The position numbers and the translations under genes are program-made. A stretch of 64,000 bases of DNA, taken from Octopus sinensis (Eukaryota). Shown here piece by piece: positions 1 to 12,506 of this stretch. How positions within the stretch are numbered: position 1 is the stretch's first letter; every line of letters begins with the position of its first letter. Below the pieces are notes generated by a model. That model made no database searches. It saw only the letters and a program-made list of their open reading frames with translations, and was not told the origin of the DNA. The stretch lies in the NCBI RefSeq assembly GCF_006345805.1, contig NC_043004.1, forward strand, positions 99,138,001 through 99,202,000, read 5' to 3'.

Positions 1-303
1 AGAGATGTGAAATCTCTACCACCAAAAGCTGTGGATTCAATTTACCAGAAGTTTATTACTACTCCTAAGCACTTATCATTTATATAGATAAAAATTGATC
101 TCTTTACTCAGATATATCAGTGCGGTGAAAATGAGATTCTGCGATATCCAGGATTTCCACAAGAGAATTAAATATGAAAGCATAGTAAAATCGCTATAAT
201 TGAAAACCAAAAACATATTCCTAAATCGGCTTGGCAAGCAGTTTATTTCTCCTGCATTACAGTTCTCTACTCGATGCACACAAACATACACATGTGTATA
301 TAT

Positions 304-523
<220 letters not shown>

Positions 524-1073
524 GTATACCTGCATACATACACAAAATCACACAAAATATATACGTTCATATGTTGAAATCCCAAACGTAAGATTGAAAC
601 AAGTTCATATAATATCCAATTTTGTGCCCACGAAGATATTTTATTTAAAGACAAGGTTTTTATGGCTGTCAGTCGCACAGAGTGTTGACTAAAAATTATG
701 CATATATTTTGTTGCAAAATATTTAAAATCATCAGTAAGTTTCATACCGAATCACCAGTAAGTATTATACTGAATCAACAAACACGAAGGCTTTATATAT
801 GCAAACGTATATGCAAATTCATCACGTAGAAATAGTAGATTTATAAGCTATGAATCCGTGTCTCTGTGGGAAGTTTAGCAGAGTATTTGGTCACTGCTGA
901 AATTTCAATACAGTATTAAAGATAGTCAAACTGCTACTTTTTCTCTCTCTATGAAGTTATTGCATTTAAAGACAAAATATTTACATCTGGCCATTGCATA
1001 GTGTATCGGTTAAAATCTATATTCTGTACTGCAGCATAGTTTTGAAACAAAATTCTGCTAGCATATCAGTTAG

Positions 1074-1152
1074 TGCATACATACATACATACATACATAC
1101 ATACATACATACATACATACATACATACATACATACATACATACATACATAC
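1074..1152. repeat. (ATAC)n microsatellite
   Basis: Direct read. Confidence 0.95.
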
Positions 1153-1180
1153 ATTCATGTGTCTGTGAATATGTATATAT

Positions 1181-1379
1181 AAATTTCTACTCTAGGCACA
1201 AGGCCAGACATTTTAGGGGAGGAGGCCAGTCGATTAGATCGACCCCAGTACGCAAGTGATACTTAATTTATAGACTCCGAAAGGATGAAAGGCAAAGTCA
1301 ACCTCGGTAGAATTAGAACTCAGAACGTAAAGACAGACGAAATTCAGCTAAGCATTTTTCCCGGCATGCTAACGTTTCT
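1181..1379 (-). mobile_element. tRNA-headed SINE, family C (GGCGAGCTGGCAGAATCGTTAGC head; GTCGACTTTGCCTTTCATCCTTTCGGGGTCGAT body)
   Basis: Reverse complement matches the copies at 14706, 19632 and 33772. Confidence 0.85.
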
Positions 1380-1591
1380 AACGTTTCTACGTTTCTAAAG
1401 TATAAAATTCAGTTATTTTATAGAATAACGATTGCCCTATCGTTAAAATTTTAAAGACGGTACGTGAACGTTGTATGAACTGGTTATGTTGTATTTCGTA
1501 GCCCTCTTGGTCTGATGCTAACCGTCAGGTAGAGTTCGTGTTTCTTTAGTTAATTTGAACGTGCATATATTTGCAAATTTGATTTAAAAAC

Positions 1592-3620
1592 ATGAGTATG
1601 GAAGGGGCGAGAGAGGAACAGATAAATAGAAAAGAACGGTTTAGATATTTGTTAAATAAGCATGAGACAAAAGAAAATAGTGCTGTGCTTACTCGTAAAG
1701 ATTTGTTAAGTTTGGTAGCAGAATTATAGAATGCAAAAATAGCATACAAAACAAGTATCACTTGACTATTGGTTAATTAAGCGTTATGATGTTCTTGAAG
1801 TTCAAGGAGTAGAAAAATGTATTGTGCCGGTGACATGCAAAACCTGATGCCGTCTTTTATTGTTCAAGCGATGCACTGTTCGATATTTTATACCAAACGC
1901 ATATATCTACTGGACATGACGGTAGAAACCGTATGATAAAGGAACTCAATCGTCTATAAAAAAAGCATTACTCAGAATGAAATAAAGCTATTTTTAAGTG
2001 TTTGTGAACCTTGGCAACAAAAAAGAAATATGTGAAAGAAAGACATTGTGGTTAAGTTCTTGGTATTTCCGCATCTCATTTCAAGATGTCAAGTAGACCT
2101 TATAGATTTTCAATCTCAACCTGATGGAAACTATAAATTTATTTTAGTTTATCAAAACCACTTAACGAAGTGTGTAGTTTTAAGACCTCTTCAAACAAAG
2201 AGGGCAGAAGAAGTCACTACGCAGTTGCTCGATATATTTTTATTGCTTGGTGCTCCATGTGTTCTACAGTCCGACAACGACAGGGATCTCTGTAATAAAC
2301 ATATAGACGACTTGAAAATAACTTGGCCGGGTCTTAAGATCGTAGGTGGTAAACCAAGGCATAGTCAGAGTCAAGGTAGCGTTGAGAAGGCCAACCAAGA
2401 CATCGAAAATATGTTAACAACTTGGATGCAAAGCATCCAGTCTACTTCATTGAGTCATGGGCTTAAATTTATTCAATTAATGAAGAACAGATCGCTTCAT
2501 TCTGATATAAAGAGAACGCCTTACGAAGCTATGTTTGGCTGTGCTCCTAGAGTTGAACTGACCACAACTCCTTTTTCAGAGAAGGTGTTTGAATTAGTGT
2601 GGGATGAAGAACAATTTGAAAATGTCTTGACTGCTATTACTGCATCCTCAGAAGAGTATGATGCCATTTCCATCGGAGAAACGTCTCCGAATCAAACTGT
2701 GAACGTGTGTGTTGTGTGTTCAAAAAATTGCAAAGACAACATTTTTTGCTGGAAATATGAGTAAAGGCGCAGGAGTGGCTGTGTGGTAAGTAGCTTGCTA
2801 ACCAACCACATGGTTCCGGGTTCAGTCCCACTGCGTGGCATCTTGGGCAAGTGTCTTCTGCTATAGCCTCGGGCCGACCAAAGCCTTGTGAGTGGATTTG
2901 GTAGATGGAAACTGAAAGAAGCCCATCGTATATATGTAAATATATATGTATGTGTGTGTGTGTTTGTGTGTCTGTGTTTGTCCCCTAGCATTGCTTGACA
3001 ACCGATGCTGGTGTGTTTATGTCCCCGTTACATAACGGTTCGGCAAAGAGACCGATAGAATAAGTACTAGGCTTACAAAGAATAAGTTCTGGAGTCGATT
3101 TGCTCGACTAAAGGCGGTGCTCCAGCATGGCCACAGTCAAATGACTGAAATAAGTAAAAGAGTAAATCTATCCATGGATTTTCAGGAGTCAAGTACACAG
3201 AAGACAAAATTGTACCCAAGGTCTGCAGGTTGAGTTTAAATGAAATAAATATCGAGAAGGAAAGACAAGCAGCAAAAGAATGTCTGAAACTCAGGCTAAG
3301 AAAATGAAATAAATGTCTGACAAATCTCATTCTGAGGTATCTCTAAGCATTACAGTCCATATTTGTGAACCTGAAGTTGTCAAAGGATGAGGAGACGCTA
3401 GATATAAGGAATGGCCGAATCAAACAGCCGTACTCCCGGTCTCAGTTCAGTGTATGTCAGCAAGAATTAATTTCGTTGAAGAAGTTTCGAATATTGAGAC
3501 ATCACTTCGGTCTATTGATACAACACAAAGTGCTGGCATTGCACGAGGATTTAAAAAGTCTTCGTGCGATATTAAAGGTGTGTCTGCTTCAAAAGTGATA
3601 GGCAACGTAATTCTAAGTGC
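1592..3620 (+). pseudogene. Decayed Ginger2/KRBA2-SCAND3-like DDE integrase-type transposase, interrupted by a SINE at 2765-3166
   Basis: ORF 2048-2764 has an rve core: SRCQVDLIDFQ, LQSDN, KPRHSQSQGSVEKANQDIENML, with 36 residues between the second D and the E. Upstream frames give DYWLIKRYDVLEVQGVEK and an HHCC-like THISTGH...VCEPW. After the SINE, frames give GRIKQPYSRSQFSVCQQ and ETSLRS...GFKK, as in the C-terminus of these proteins. Several stops and frameshifts. Confidence 0.88.
2765..3166 (+). mobile_element. tRNA-headed SINE, family A (AGGCGCAGGAGTGGCTGTGTGGTAAG head, internal (TA)/(TG) tract, GTAAAAGAGTAAA tail)
   Basis: Full-length match to the inverted copies at 18651, 32955, 39602, 41785 and 56941; GAGTAAA is present on both sides. 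Confidence 0.93.
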
Positions 3621-4053
3621 CTTCTTCTTCTTCTTCTTCTTCTTCTTCTGCTTCTGTTTCTTCTTCTTTTTTCTTCTTCTTTCTTCTTCTTCTTCTTCTT
3701 CTTCTTCTTCTTCTTCTTCTTCTGCTTCTGCTTCTTCTTTTTCTTCTTCTTCTTCTTCTTCTTCTTCTCCTTCTTCTTCTTCTTCTTCTTCTTCTTCTTC
3801 TTCTTCTTCTTTTCTTCTTCTTCTTTTTTTCTTCTTCTTCTTCTTCTCCTTCTTCTTCTTCTTCTTCTTCTTCGTCTTCTCCTTCTTCTTCTTCTTCTTC
3901 GTCTTCTCCTTCTTCTTCTTCTTCTTCTTCTTCTTCGTCTTCTTCTTCTTCTTCTTCTTCGTTCTTCTTCTTCTTCTTCTTCTTCTTCTTCTCCTCTTCC
4001 TCCTCCTTCTCCTTCTTCTTCTTCTTCTTCTTCTTCTTCTTCTTCTTCTTCTT
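3621..4053. repeat. (TTC)n microsatellite, ~430 bp
   Basis: Direct read; accounts for the poly-S/F/L/K/R/E ORFs at 3454-4203. Confidence 0.97.
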
Positions 4054-4344
4054 CACGAGGATCCCGACATGAAAATACTGGATCCTCATATGCGCTTTCC
4101 CGAGTTTGTGTTCGGTATTTCGTTCGACACACTAACGAAGAATTCTCTGCAGGATATTACCAGAGCGTTCACTCACCTTAGATTTTGTTATATAACTGGG
4201 TGAGAAACTTTATCATCATATTGTTAATTATTTTCAGTAACTCCCCAGAAAGGTGGCCAAAACGTACAGCTACTCCATCTCAATTTGAAGAGTATCTAAG
4301 CGACGATCCTTGAACCCCGAAATAGGGAAAAAACATACTTACCT

Positions 4345-4410
4345 GCCTATCTGCCTAATTACCTACCTACCTACCTACCTACCTACCTACCTATATATAT
4401 ATATATATAT
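4345..4410. repeat. (CCTA)n plus (TA)n microsatellite
   Basis: Direct read. Confidence 0.9.
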
Positions 4411-4412
4411 AC

Positions 4413-4445
4413 ACTAGACTACTCGTGACCCGTTAGGTCACCGGG
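4413..4445 (-). mobile_element. Helitron-type 3' terminus (hairpin plus CTAG|T)
   Basis: Minus strand reads CCCG-GTGACC-TAACG-GGTCAC-GAGTAGT-CTAG-T: a 6-bp hairpin 7 nt before CTAG, followed by T. The extent of the element is unknown. Confidence 0.6.
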
Positions 4446-5236
4446 AAACTCTGCGTTTCCCAGCAACGGAGTTTTGTTTTGTGGGTTTCTTTCCTTTCCA
4501 TTTTATTTCGCATGATTTCAATGAATGTGACATCAAAATCACGCGTAAACGGTTCCTTTCACCAGAAAAGGGAAGATTTGACTGCTATTTCTTGCACGCC
4601 CTGATACCATGTAACAGGTATTTCATAGCAGCAGGGTATGCTAGAAATAGTAGCCAAATCTTTGGGGGTGAGATACGTTGAATGCACTCGAAAAAAACCT
4701 ATGGAGAAAAATAACTATTACACACAGAGGTTACGAACGGCTCTTTTACGAAATATTTTAAAAACCATTTCACTTTAAAATATTTTTTGAATATCCCCCA
4801 AAATTTTTGTAATGGTATTCACTTGAAAATTTTTTTAAGAAACAATAAAATATTGTTTGTTTATAGAAAGCTAAAATATAAATACTTACTGCACAAACAG
4901 CTTACAATTTTTAAATCACATTCACTTAAAAATATTTCTAAATCATTATAGTATTGTGTTTAACAGAAGCGAAAATAGAAACATTTACTGAAAAAAAAAA
5001 ACTCGTATTTTTCGTTGTCAAGTCACTGTGACTAATCGAAAGATAAGAGTTTCTGCCCTTTCAGGATTAAGATTATTTTCGGAATATTTTCCCATTATGC
5101 GACAGTTAGGCTGGATAACATTGCGAGCAAGCAAAATTTAAACTTACTTCTAATGTATTGTGTATATGTGGATACATGCGCGCGCGCGTGCACTCACGCA
5201 CACACACACATATACATACAGATATATGTATGTATA

Positions 5237-5830
5237 TACGAGGGGTACCCAAAAGTAACCAGGAAACGTTCTCTGTGGGACAAGCACGTTGTAGTTCAGG
5301 AATCCGCTACCAGAAGCCACTTGATGCGACCCTCAGGCATCAGTCGACAGACCGGTGTCGTTCAGTGGAGCCGTACTTTCACGTAGTGTATCTTTGTTTT
5401 CCTTCGGTGAAATTCTGTTTTCTCCGGGTTAATACAGCGGCCAAAACAGTTGTCCTGCTTCAAACAGCTTAGAAAGACGCTGCCTTGAACAAAACATAAG
5501 TTTACGAGTGGTTTTCACGCTTTAGGTATGAATGAAGACATCACAAAAATTTGTGAACTGATCTTGGAGGGCCGTCGCTGATAAATGAAGACATCACGAA
5601 AATTTGTGAACTGATCTTGTAGGGCCGTCGTCGAAAAATTGACGAACTTGTTGATATGACCGGTGTATCCTGGAGCTCCTTCCAACGAATCTTGAAAGAG
5701 GAATTGCGAACGGAAAGAGTTGCAGCAAAATTTGTGCCTCGCTTGCTAACGGAAGACCAAAACAGTCACAACTGAATGCGTGTCCTGAAATAAAAGAGCA
5801 GTTGTAATTTGATCTGAGCCTTTTTTCAAA
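5237..5830 (+). mobile_element. Mariner 5' fragment (left TIR plus N-terminal transposase relic)
   Basis: Begins TA|CGAGGGGTACCCAAAAG. Translates VKFCFLRVNTAAKTVVLLQTA...VYEWFSRF and KIDELVDMTGVSWSSFQRILKEELRTERVAAKFVPRLLTEDQ (HTH plus the FVPRLL equivalent of WVPHEL). Contains stops. Confidence 0.85.
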
Positions 5831-5927
5831 CTGGAATCAATATAAATAACAGTTCCCCACCCCATACTGCCCTTGTAGCAAAAATTTGAACTAATTAAAT
5901 TATTGAGGTGGCGAACTTGTAGAATTG

Positions 5928-6138
5928 GAGCCAAAGTGGATAAAATGCTCAGCGACAGTTTTTTTTTGCTTCTGGCTCTCTATGTTCCGAGTTGAAATAC
6001 CTCCGAATGTATGTTTTCCTATCACCTTTTCGGGGTCGATAAAATAAGTACCAACAGAGCACCGGGGTCGATGCAATCGACTTGCCCCATTTCCGCAAGA
6101 TTCTGGCATTGTGTCTTGTGTAGAACGGATTATTATTA
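5928..6138 (+). mobile_element. SINE family C, degenerate
   Basis: CTTTTCGGGGTCGATAAAATAAGTACC...GGGGTCGATGCAATCGACT body. Confidence 0.7.
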
Positions 6139-6311
6139 CACCGGAAAAAAACTGATAGCGAATACATTGACTGAATCACAGGTGTAAATATGAAAGCGGA
6201 AAAGTAAATTTACGACAAAAGATTAAATATCTGCTTAATCTTGAACGCTACAAACATACAACTGACACGCTTATTTGCATTTCTGTTTTGTTTTTCTTTT
6301 TTATTTTGCAG

Positions 6312-6353
6312 AAAACAAAACTACTGCAAAAAAAGAGGCAAAAAAGAAGACAA
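6312..6353 (+). CDS. Candidate exon start running into the assembly gap (ENKTTAKKEAKKKT)
   Basis: Long polypyrimidine tract ending TTTTTTATTTTGCAG; open Lys-rich frame; the 3' end is hidden by Ns. Confidence 0.2.
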
Positions 6354-6453
6354 NNNNNNNNNNNNNNNNNNNNNNNNNNNNNNNNNNNNNNNNNNNNNNN
6401 NNNNNNNNNNNNNNNNNNNNNNNNNNNNNNNNNNNNNNNNNNNNNNNNNNNNN
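6354..6453. other. Scaffold gap (100 N)
   Basis: Exactly 100 Ns, probably a placeholder of unknown true size. Confidence 0.99.
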
Positions 6454-8243
6454 TTTTTTAGTACTTTTGTAATTTATTATCTTTTACTAGTATGTTATAA
6501 CGCTGACAGTAACACGTTAGTTTTCTTGAGACTATATGTGTTTATGTTCCTCATTTCAGTATTAACTATTACATTTATTTGAATAACTGATAAACTTTGT
6601 GTCAAAATATGGTATTTTTCTGCCAAAGATTACTCTTTTGGCACATTCATTACAAACGTTGGCAGACTCGGTGACAGAACATTTAATTGCTTTATTGTTT
6701 TCGTCTTCCTCTCTTAATAACTAAATATGGTTTGAGAGAGTTATATTCTTAGGAAGAATCTGTCTGCTATGTATTACAAAATTTAGACATGTTTTCTGTG
6801 AATTATGCGTACATTTTGTTATCATTACTTGCCTTATCAAAATAAGCCAAAAAAGCCCCCATTTTTATATTTCCCTTTACCTATTCATTTGTTTAAGTCT
6901 TTACGAATAAATGGGAATTCTGATTAGCTTATTAAAATATTGCTTTTTTTGTGTATCATGTTCCACACATTGTACTTGTTTTCAATATAATTAAATGATA
7001 AGTAAATAAAACAGGCGTCTAATATATATTTTCGTCGCTTTTTATCTCTGAACACTGGAATCAAGCAAATCAAAGGGATTTCAATCGTGATTATATCATA
7101 TTTTCGTTTCAAACTACACCATACAGTGTACCAATTTTAAATATAAGTTACCGTTTGAGAAAACATTTGCTTATTTCTAGCAGGTGGCGTGGCCATGTAA
7201 AAGCTCATTTGCTGGTTCGTTATATTCTTGGCACTAATGATATGCATAAAGATAACTGTCATGTGAATGTAGTTAGCTGAATTCTTGTTTCTGTAAAAAA
7301 TATTTAGGTACGGATTTGATAATTTTTCGTATATTTTAAGGTATCATACTAGTTTATTATAGGTATTGTACATGTTTATTCATAACTACGTATGATATTC
7401 TCTTTATAAATGATGTTATTTATAAACCACACACTATTCTTGACCGAAGCTTCCTATAATCAATGTGGAAGTCCATAGGTTGTTGCTGGAACTATAAAAA
7501 ATTGACATTAATGTCCTCAAGTTAAATATGTCTCCGCTAAAAAAAAAAAGCTAAAATAGAAGCTATACTACATCTGACAAAATGTGTGATGGCGAATAAA
7601 ACGCTTACGACAATGATTCTACTAAATCAAAGCTGACCAAGGCTAAACAGCACGTTAGAGCTCCCAGTATGGCCTTTCTTTGTAAATTAGAGTGATGAGA
7701 TTTCAGAGAGATTTGGTTGCTATTTCAAACATGTCCAGCAACCAACAGTAGTCGCCTTCGTTGTGTATACGTATTCGCACGTTTTAGTTGGTATAGAATA
7801 GAAATGGTATATTTTTGAGCATCAAATGTAATATCTTAGAAATATACTTACTGCAAATTTATTCCCTATGGAGATAACACGTACAAAGACGTAAAACAAT
7901 GCTGGTGTTTAGCAAAATGACGGTACCAAGGTATGCGATATTTGATTAGCAGGGAAAGATGATATTTTAAACTACTAAACAAAAGTATTGAGATGCTGAA
8001 ATATAGATACAAGAGTTAATATTGATACAGCAAAGTAAATTCTGAATAGAATACGTATGACAATGTTTCTTTTTATTATTCCATTTCCTGTTGAGAATGG
8101 ATCAGCGAGAGTAGTATTAGAATTAACCCATACCATTATACGATCATGTAGAAAAGGTAGAAAAGCAACAAATTCATCAAAGCAGCCCGATCTTAGAAAA
8201 TCGTCGTTCAAAATATCCGTGTTGTCGAATTCTTTAGAGAATT

Positions 8244-8415
8244 CAGGCAGAGGCGTCGCTATGTGGTAGGAAAATTGCTTCTCAACCACATGTTTCAGGG
8301 TTCAATTCCACAGCGTGGCAAATTGTGCAAGTATCTTCTACTATAACCTAGGGCCGACCAAAGCCTTGTGAGTGGATGTGGTAGATGGAAACTGAAAGAT
8401 ACCTGTCATGTATAT
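8244..8415 (+). mobile_element. SINE family A, 5' half, degenerate
   Basis: GCTATGTGGTAGG...GGGCCGACCAAAGCCTTGTGAGTGGAT...GGAAACTGAAAGA. Confidence 0.8.
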
Positions 8416-8456
8416 ATTTATTGGCTAAACTGGCAAAATGACCATTCCTAAATACA

Positions 8457-8493
<37 letters not shown>

Positions 8494-8649
8494 ATATATA
8501 TAGTTAATCCAAACATGAAAACACAAAGAGAAAACACAAAAACGCGAGGATGTAAAACAAGTATAGTGTTATTGGACGCGTCTGGTGTCTTCTGCCTTTC
8601 TATTAGAAACGTTTACCTGGGCATTTAATTCAAGTGAAAAAAACATCGT

Positions 8650-9980
8650 ATGCAACAGATAAGTCGTCTTAATAAAATATTTCTGTGTACGAAAAATTTA
8701 GATGTTATTTTTAGCATAACGACTTTTCTGGTGAGGATTTCATTTGCCTTCATTATGTGTTTGTTGCTTCAGCAGAAATCTACGGATGTCCAAACTCACA
8801 AAACGGAGAAAATGAAAGAAATATGGATGACTTGTTCCGAAACACTACCGAGTGGGGAACAGTTCTCAAAAATAACCCCAATTGTTTCTCTCCCCAAAAT
8901 TCCTATGTCCTCCGAATCTACATAGTCCGTGGTATATTTGTAGAAAATTTCATTAAAAAAAATATCCACTTTCTTGAAAGTTACGACGAATTGAAGTAGA
9001 CTCCGGTGAATTTTCAGACATTCCCTGCCCCCTCATAAAACACTCCCCCTTCAAATACTTATATAGTCGGCATCTACGTGATGTAACACATATTGGTAGA
9101 AAATTTTATTTAAAAATATCCATTTTTCTAAAAGTTATGATCATCGAAATTTTGGTGGGTGCAAATATCTGTAATTATGCAGACAAATTTGACACTTGCC
9201 TTAGGCATGGTTTTATATATATATATATAATTATATATATATATATATATATATACAGAACTACACGAGTGCAGAAGATGGCAAATAATGAAAATAACTT
9301 GGTAACGGAAATTATGTTTCTTAATACGACCGGCAGAAAGTAAATAAGAAATTTTAATGAAGCGAAATTTGTCGCTTATTGAACCAAAGATGGAACAAGA
9401 AAGAAACCGCCAACAAGAGAAAAACACAAAACCGTACGGATTAAAATGAAATGCATGAAGATACTTCTGTCAGTAAGTTATGAAATTACTTACATTAGAA
9501 ACTGTGAACTTCTTTTTGTCAGTAATTTGTCGCTGTTTGTTTGTAAATAGCGACTGAAAACTTAGACTTAGAGTGAAAACAATAACTTGGAAATTAAACA
9601 ATGGCGCAGGAAAATTGAAGGTGAAAAGAATAGCGTCTGAAAAATGGAAGTGAAAACGAGATATAGATAGAGAGATATGTTACAGAGATATAGAGATAGA
9701 TAGAGAAAGACGGATAGAGAGATATACATAAAGAGATATGTTACGCCACTGAGGCTAGAAAGCCGGAAGTAAATATTTTAAAAACTTTCAAAGACGTGAA
9801 TATAATATAAAAAACAATATTTTATTATTAATAATTTTAAATAAAACAAAATCAAATGAACAGCCTTTTGTTCGTCCGAGGTCAAATTATTCATGCATCG
9901 CAAGTATGAAAGCAATTGGTGAAACCGCTTTCGCGTGAAAAGTGTGTACGCGCACATCTCTATTTAATATATATATATAT
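8650..9980 (-). mobile_element. Possible non-autonomous Helitron/Helentron-like interior and 5' end
   Basis: Imperfect ~45-bp direct repeats GTAGAAAATTT..AAAAATATCCA..TT..AAAGTTA at 8940 and 9097. The minus-strand start (TATATATTAAATAGAGATGTGCGCGTACACACTTTTCACGCGAAAGCGG) resembles, from memory only, invertebrate Helitron 5' ends. Confidence 0.3.
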
Positions 9981-9982
9981 AT

Positions 9983-11850
9983 ATTATATAAAAGGGCTTA
10001 GTAAATAAAATTACTTGCCGCATACTGAACTCATTAGAAAGACAGCTAAAAAATTTTTTTAAAAACTATTTCTAATACTTAAAGAAAATCTCTCTCATAT
10101 ATTGTTTGCTTAATTCAACTCACAAAAGTTTGGGGGTAAGGACATCGAAAATCAAATGCTAAGTCCCTTTGCATACTGAACACTTGGTGAAATTGATTAA
10201 TAATTAATTAATTTTGCCCTCAATTGTTGAAATTTAATTTATCTCCCTGATTAATGCTTCGGATTTTACCGAAATAAGCATAGGTTTGATGTTTTTAACC
10301 CACGCTGGGAAAGGGGAGAACAGAGATTCTTCGCTTGCTTATTTGAATTTGTTGGCACTGTTAGTTGGAAGCAGATCTTCGAAAGGGTATGTTCTATTTT
10401 CAATGTTTCCAAATCCAAACCAAGGAATTTCTGAGCCGATGATAGAAATGTTGTTTTGACTAATCTTGAAACGTACGTTCTCGAATAACCTTAGCATTTG
10501 ATTTTTCGATGTCCTTACCCCCAAACTTTTGTGAGTTGAATTAAGCAAACACTATATATGAGAGAGATTTTCTTTAAGTATTAGAAATTAGTTTTAAAAA
10601 AATTTTTTAGCTGCTATTTCTAATGAGTTCAGTATGCGGCAAAGTAATTTATTTTACTAAGCCCTTTTATATAATGTAATAATTGAATTCGCCTTGAATG
10701 GTCCCTTTGCATACTGAACACTTGGTGAAATTGATTAATAATTAATTAATTTTGCCCTCAATTGTTGAAATTATAATTAATCTCCCTCTGATTAATGCTT
10801 TGGATTTTACCGAAATAAGCATAGTGTTTGATGTTTTTAACCCACGCTGGTGGAAAGGGGAGAACAGAGATTCTTCGCTTGCTTATTTGAATTTGTTGGC
10901 ACTGTTAGTTGGAAGCAGATCTTCGAAAGGGTATGTTCTTATTTTCAATGTTTCCAAATCCAAACCAAGGAATTTCTGAGCCGATGATAGAAATGTTGTT
11001 TTGACTAATCTTGAAACGTACGTTCTCGAATAACCTTAGCATTTGATTTTTCGATGTCCTTACCCCCAAAACTTTGTGAGTTGAATTAAGCAAACACTAT
11101 ATATGAGAGAGATTTTCTTTAAGTATTAGAAATAGTTTTTAAAAAAATTTTTTAGCTGCTATCTAATGAGTTCAGTATGCGGCAAAGTAATTTATTTTAC
11201 TAAGCCTTTTATATAATGTAATAATTTGAATTCGCCTTGAATGGTCCCTTTGCATACTGAACACTTGGTGAAATTGATTAATAATTAATTAATTTTGCCC
11301 TCAATTGTTGAAATTATAATTAATCTCCCTCTGATTATGCTTCGGATTTTACCGAAATAAGCATAGTGTTTGATGTTTTTAACCCACGCTGGTGGAAAGG
11401 GGAGAACAGAGATTCTTCGCTTGCTTATTTGAATTTGTTGGCACTGTTAGTTGGAAGCAGATCTTCGAAAGGTATGTTCTTATTTTCAGTGGTTCCAAAT
11501 CCAACCAAGGAATTTCTGAGCCGATGATAGAAATGTTGTTTTGACTAATCTGAAAACGACGTTCTCGAATAACCTTAGCATTGATTTTTCGATGTCCTTA
11601 CCCCCAAACTTTTGTGAGTTGAATTAAGCAAACACTATATAGAGGAGATTTTCTTTAAGTATTAGAAATAGTTTTAAAAAAAATTTTTTAGCTGCTATTT
11701 CTAATGAGTTCAGTATGCGCAAAGTAATTTATTTTACTAAGCCCTTTTATATAATGTAATAATTTGAATTCCTTGAATGGTCCCTTTGCATACTGAACAC
11801 TTGGTGAAATTGATTAATAATTAATTAATTTTGCCCTCAATGTTGAAATT
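9983..11850. repeat. Tandem array of a ~540-bp unit (3 copies plus a 70-bp partial), preceded by an inverted 181-bp copy of the unit end
   Basis: Units start GTCCCTTTGCATACTGAAC at 10163, 10701, 11244 and 11780. 9983-10163 is the reverse complement of 10490-10675. Confidence 0.95.
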
Positions 11851-11904
11851 ATATATATATATATATACATGTATATATACATACATAATACAAATATATA
11901 AATG

Positions 11905-12112
11905 CATGTATGTGTGTGTGTTTTCCTCCACCACCACTTGACAACCTGTGTTGGTATGTTTACGACCCTGTAACTTGGCAGTTCGGGGAAACCGAACGAT
12001 AGAGTAAGTACCAGTCTTTAAAAAAAACCCAAGTACAGGGGTTGATATATTCGGCTAAAATAACAAGGTGGAGCTACAGCATGGCCGCAGTCAAATGACT
12101 AAAGGAAGTAAC
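11905..12112 (+). mobile_element. SINE family A, 3' half, degenerate
   Basis: CTTGACAACC...CAGCATGGCCGCAGTCAAATGACT. Confidence 0.75.
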
Positions 12113-12506
12113 TGACCAAAGATACAGTAGAATGTTTTTCACTCCACGTTGCTCTTGAAATTTACAAGCGTGAAAAATATTGTATCTACATCTCTCCTCT
12201 TTGTTTGGATGCCACACAAGTTCTGTCAGTATATTTTCAGTCAGTCGATTCAAAATGATATAGGTGGCTACTTTTCAACAATCAACAAGGGAATCTAAAA
12301 TTCCCCTCCCAGACGGATTTATAAAGTGTTTTGGAGAATGAAAGTAAAAATGACCCCTATTTAATTCTCAAGGCAGTTTTCTACAACCAGACCCCTAGAA
12401 CTTACAGTATCTTTATGCCTGTATATGACAAACTTTCAGTAATTAGATTAGACATTGCAGAATATATTAATTTATTAGGCTCACAATAAACTTTATTTCC
12501 TCGCAG

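Noticed and set aside
10339-11093. Repeated ORF MLNSTHK...IPWFGFGNIEN in the 540-bp units
   Set aside because: Short, frame differs between copies, and no recognisable domain; treated as a by-product of the repeat pending BLASTX.
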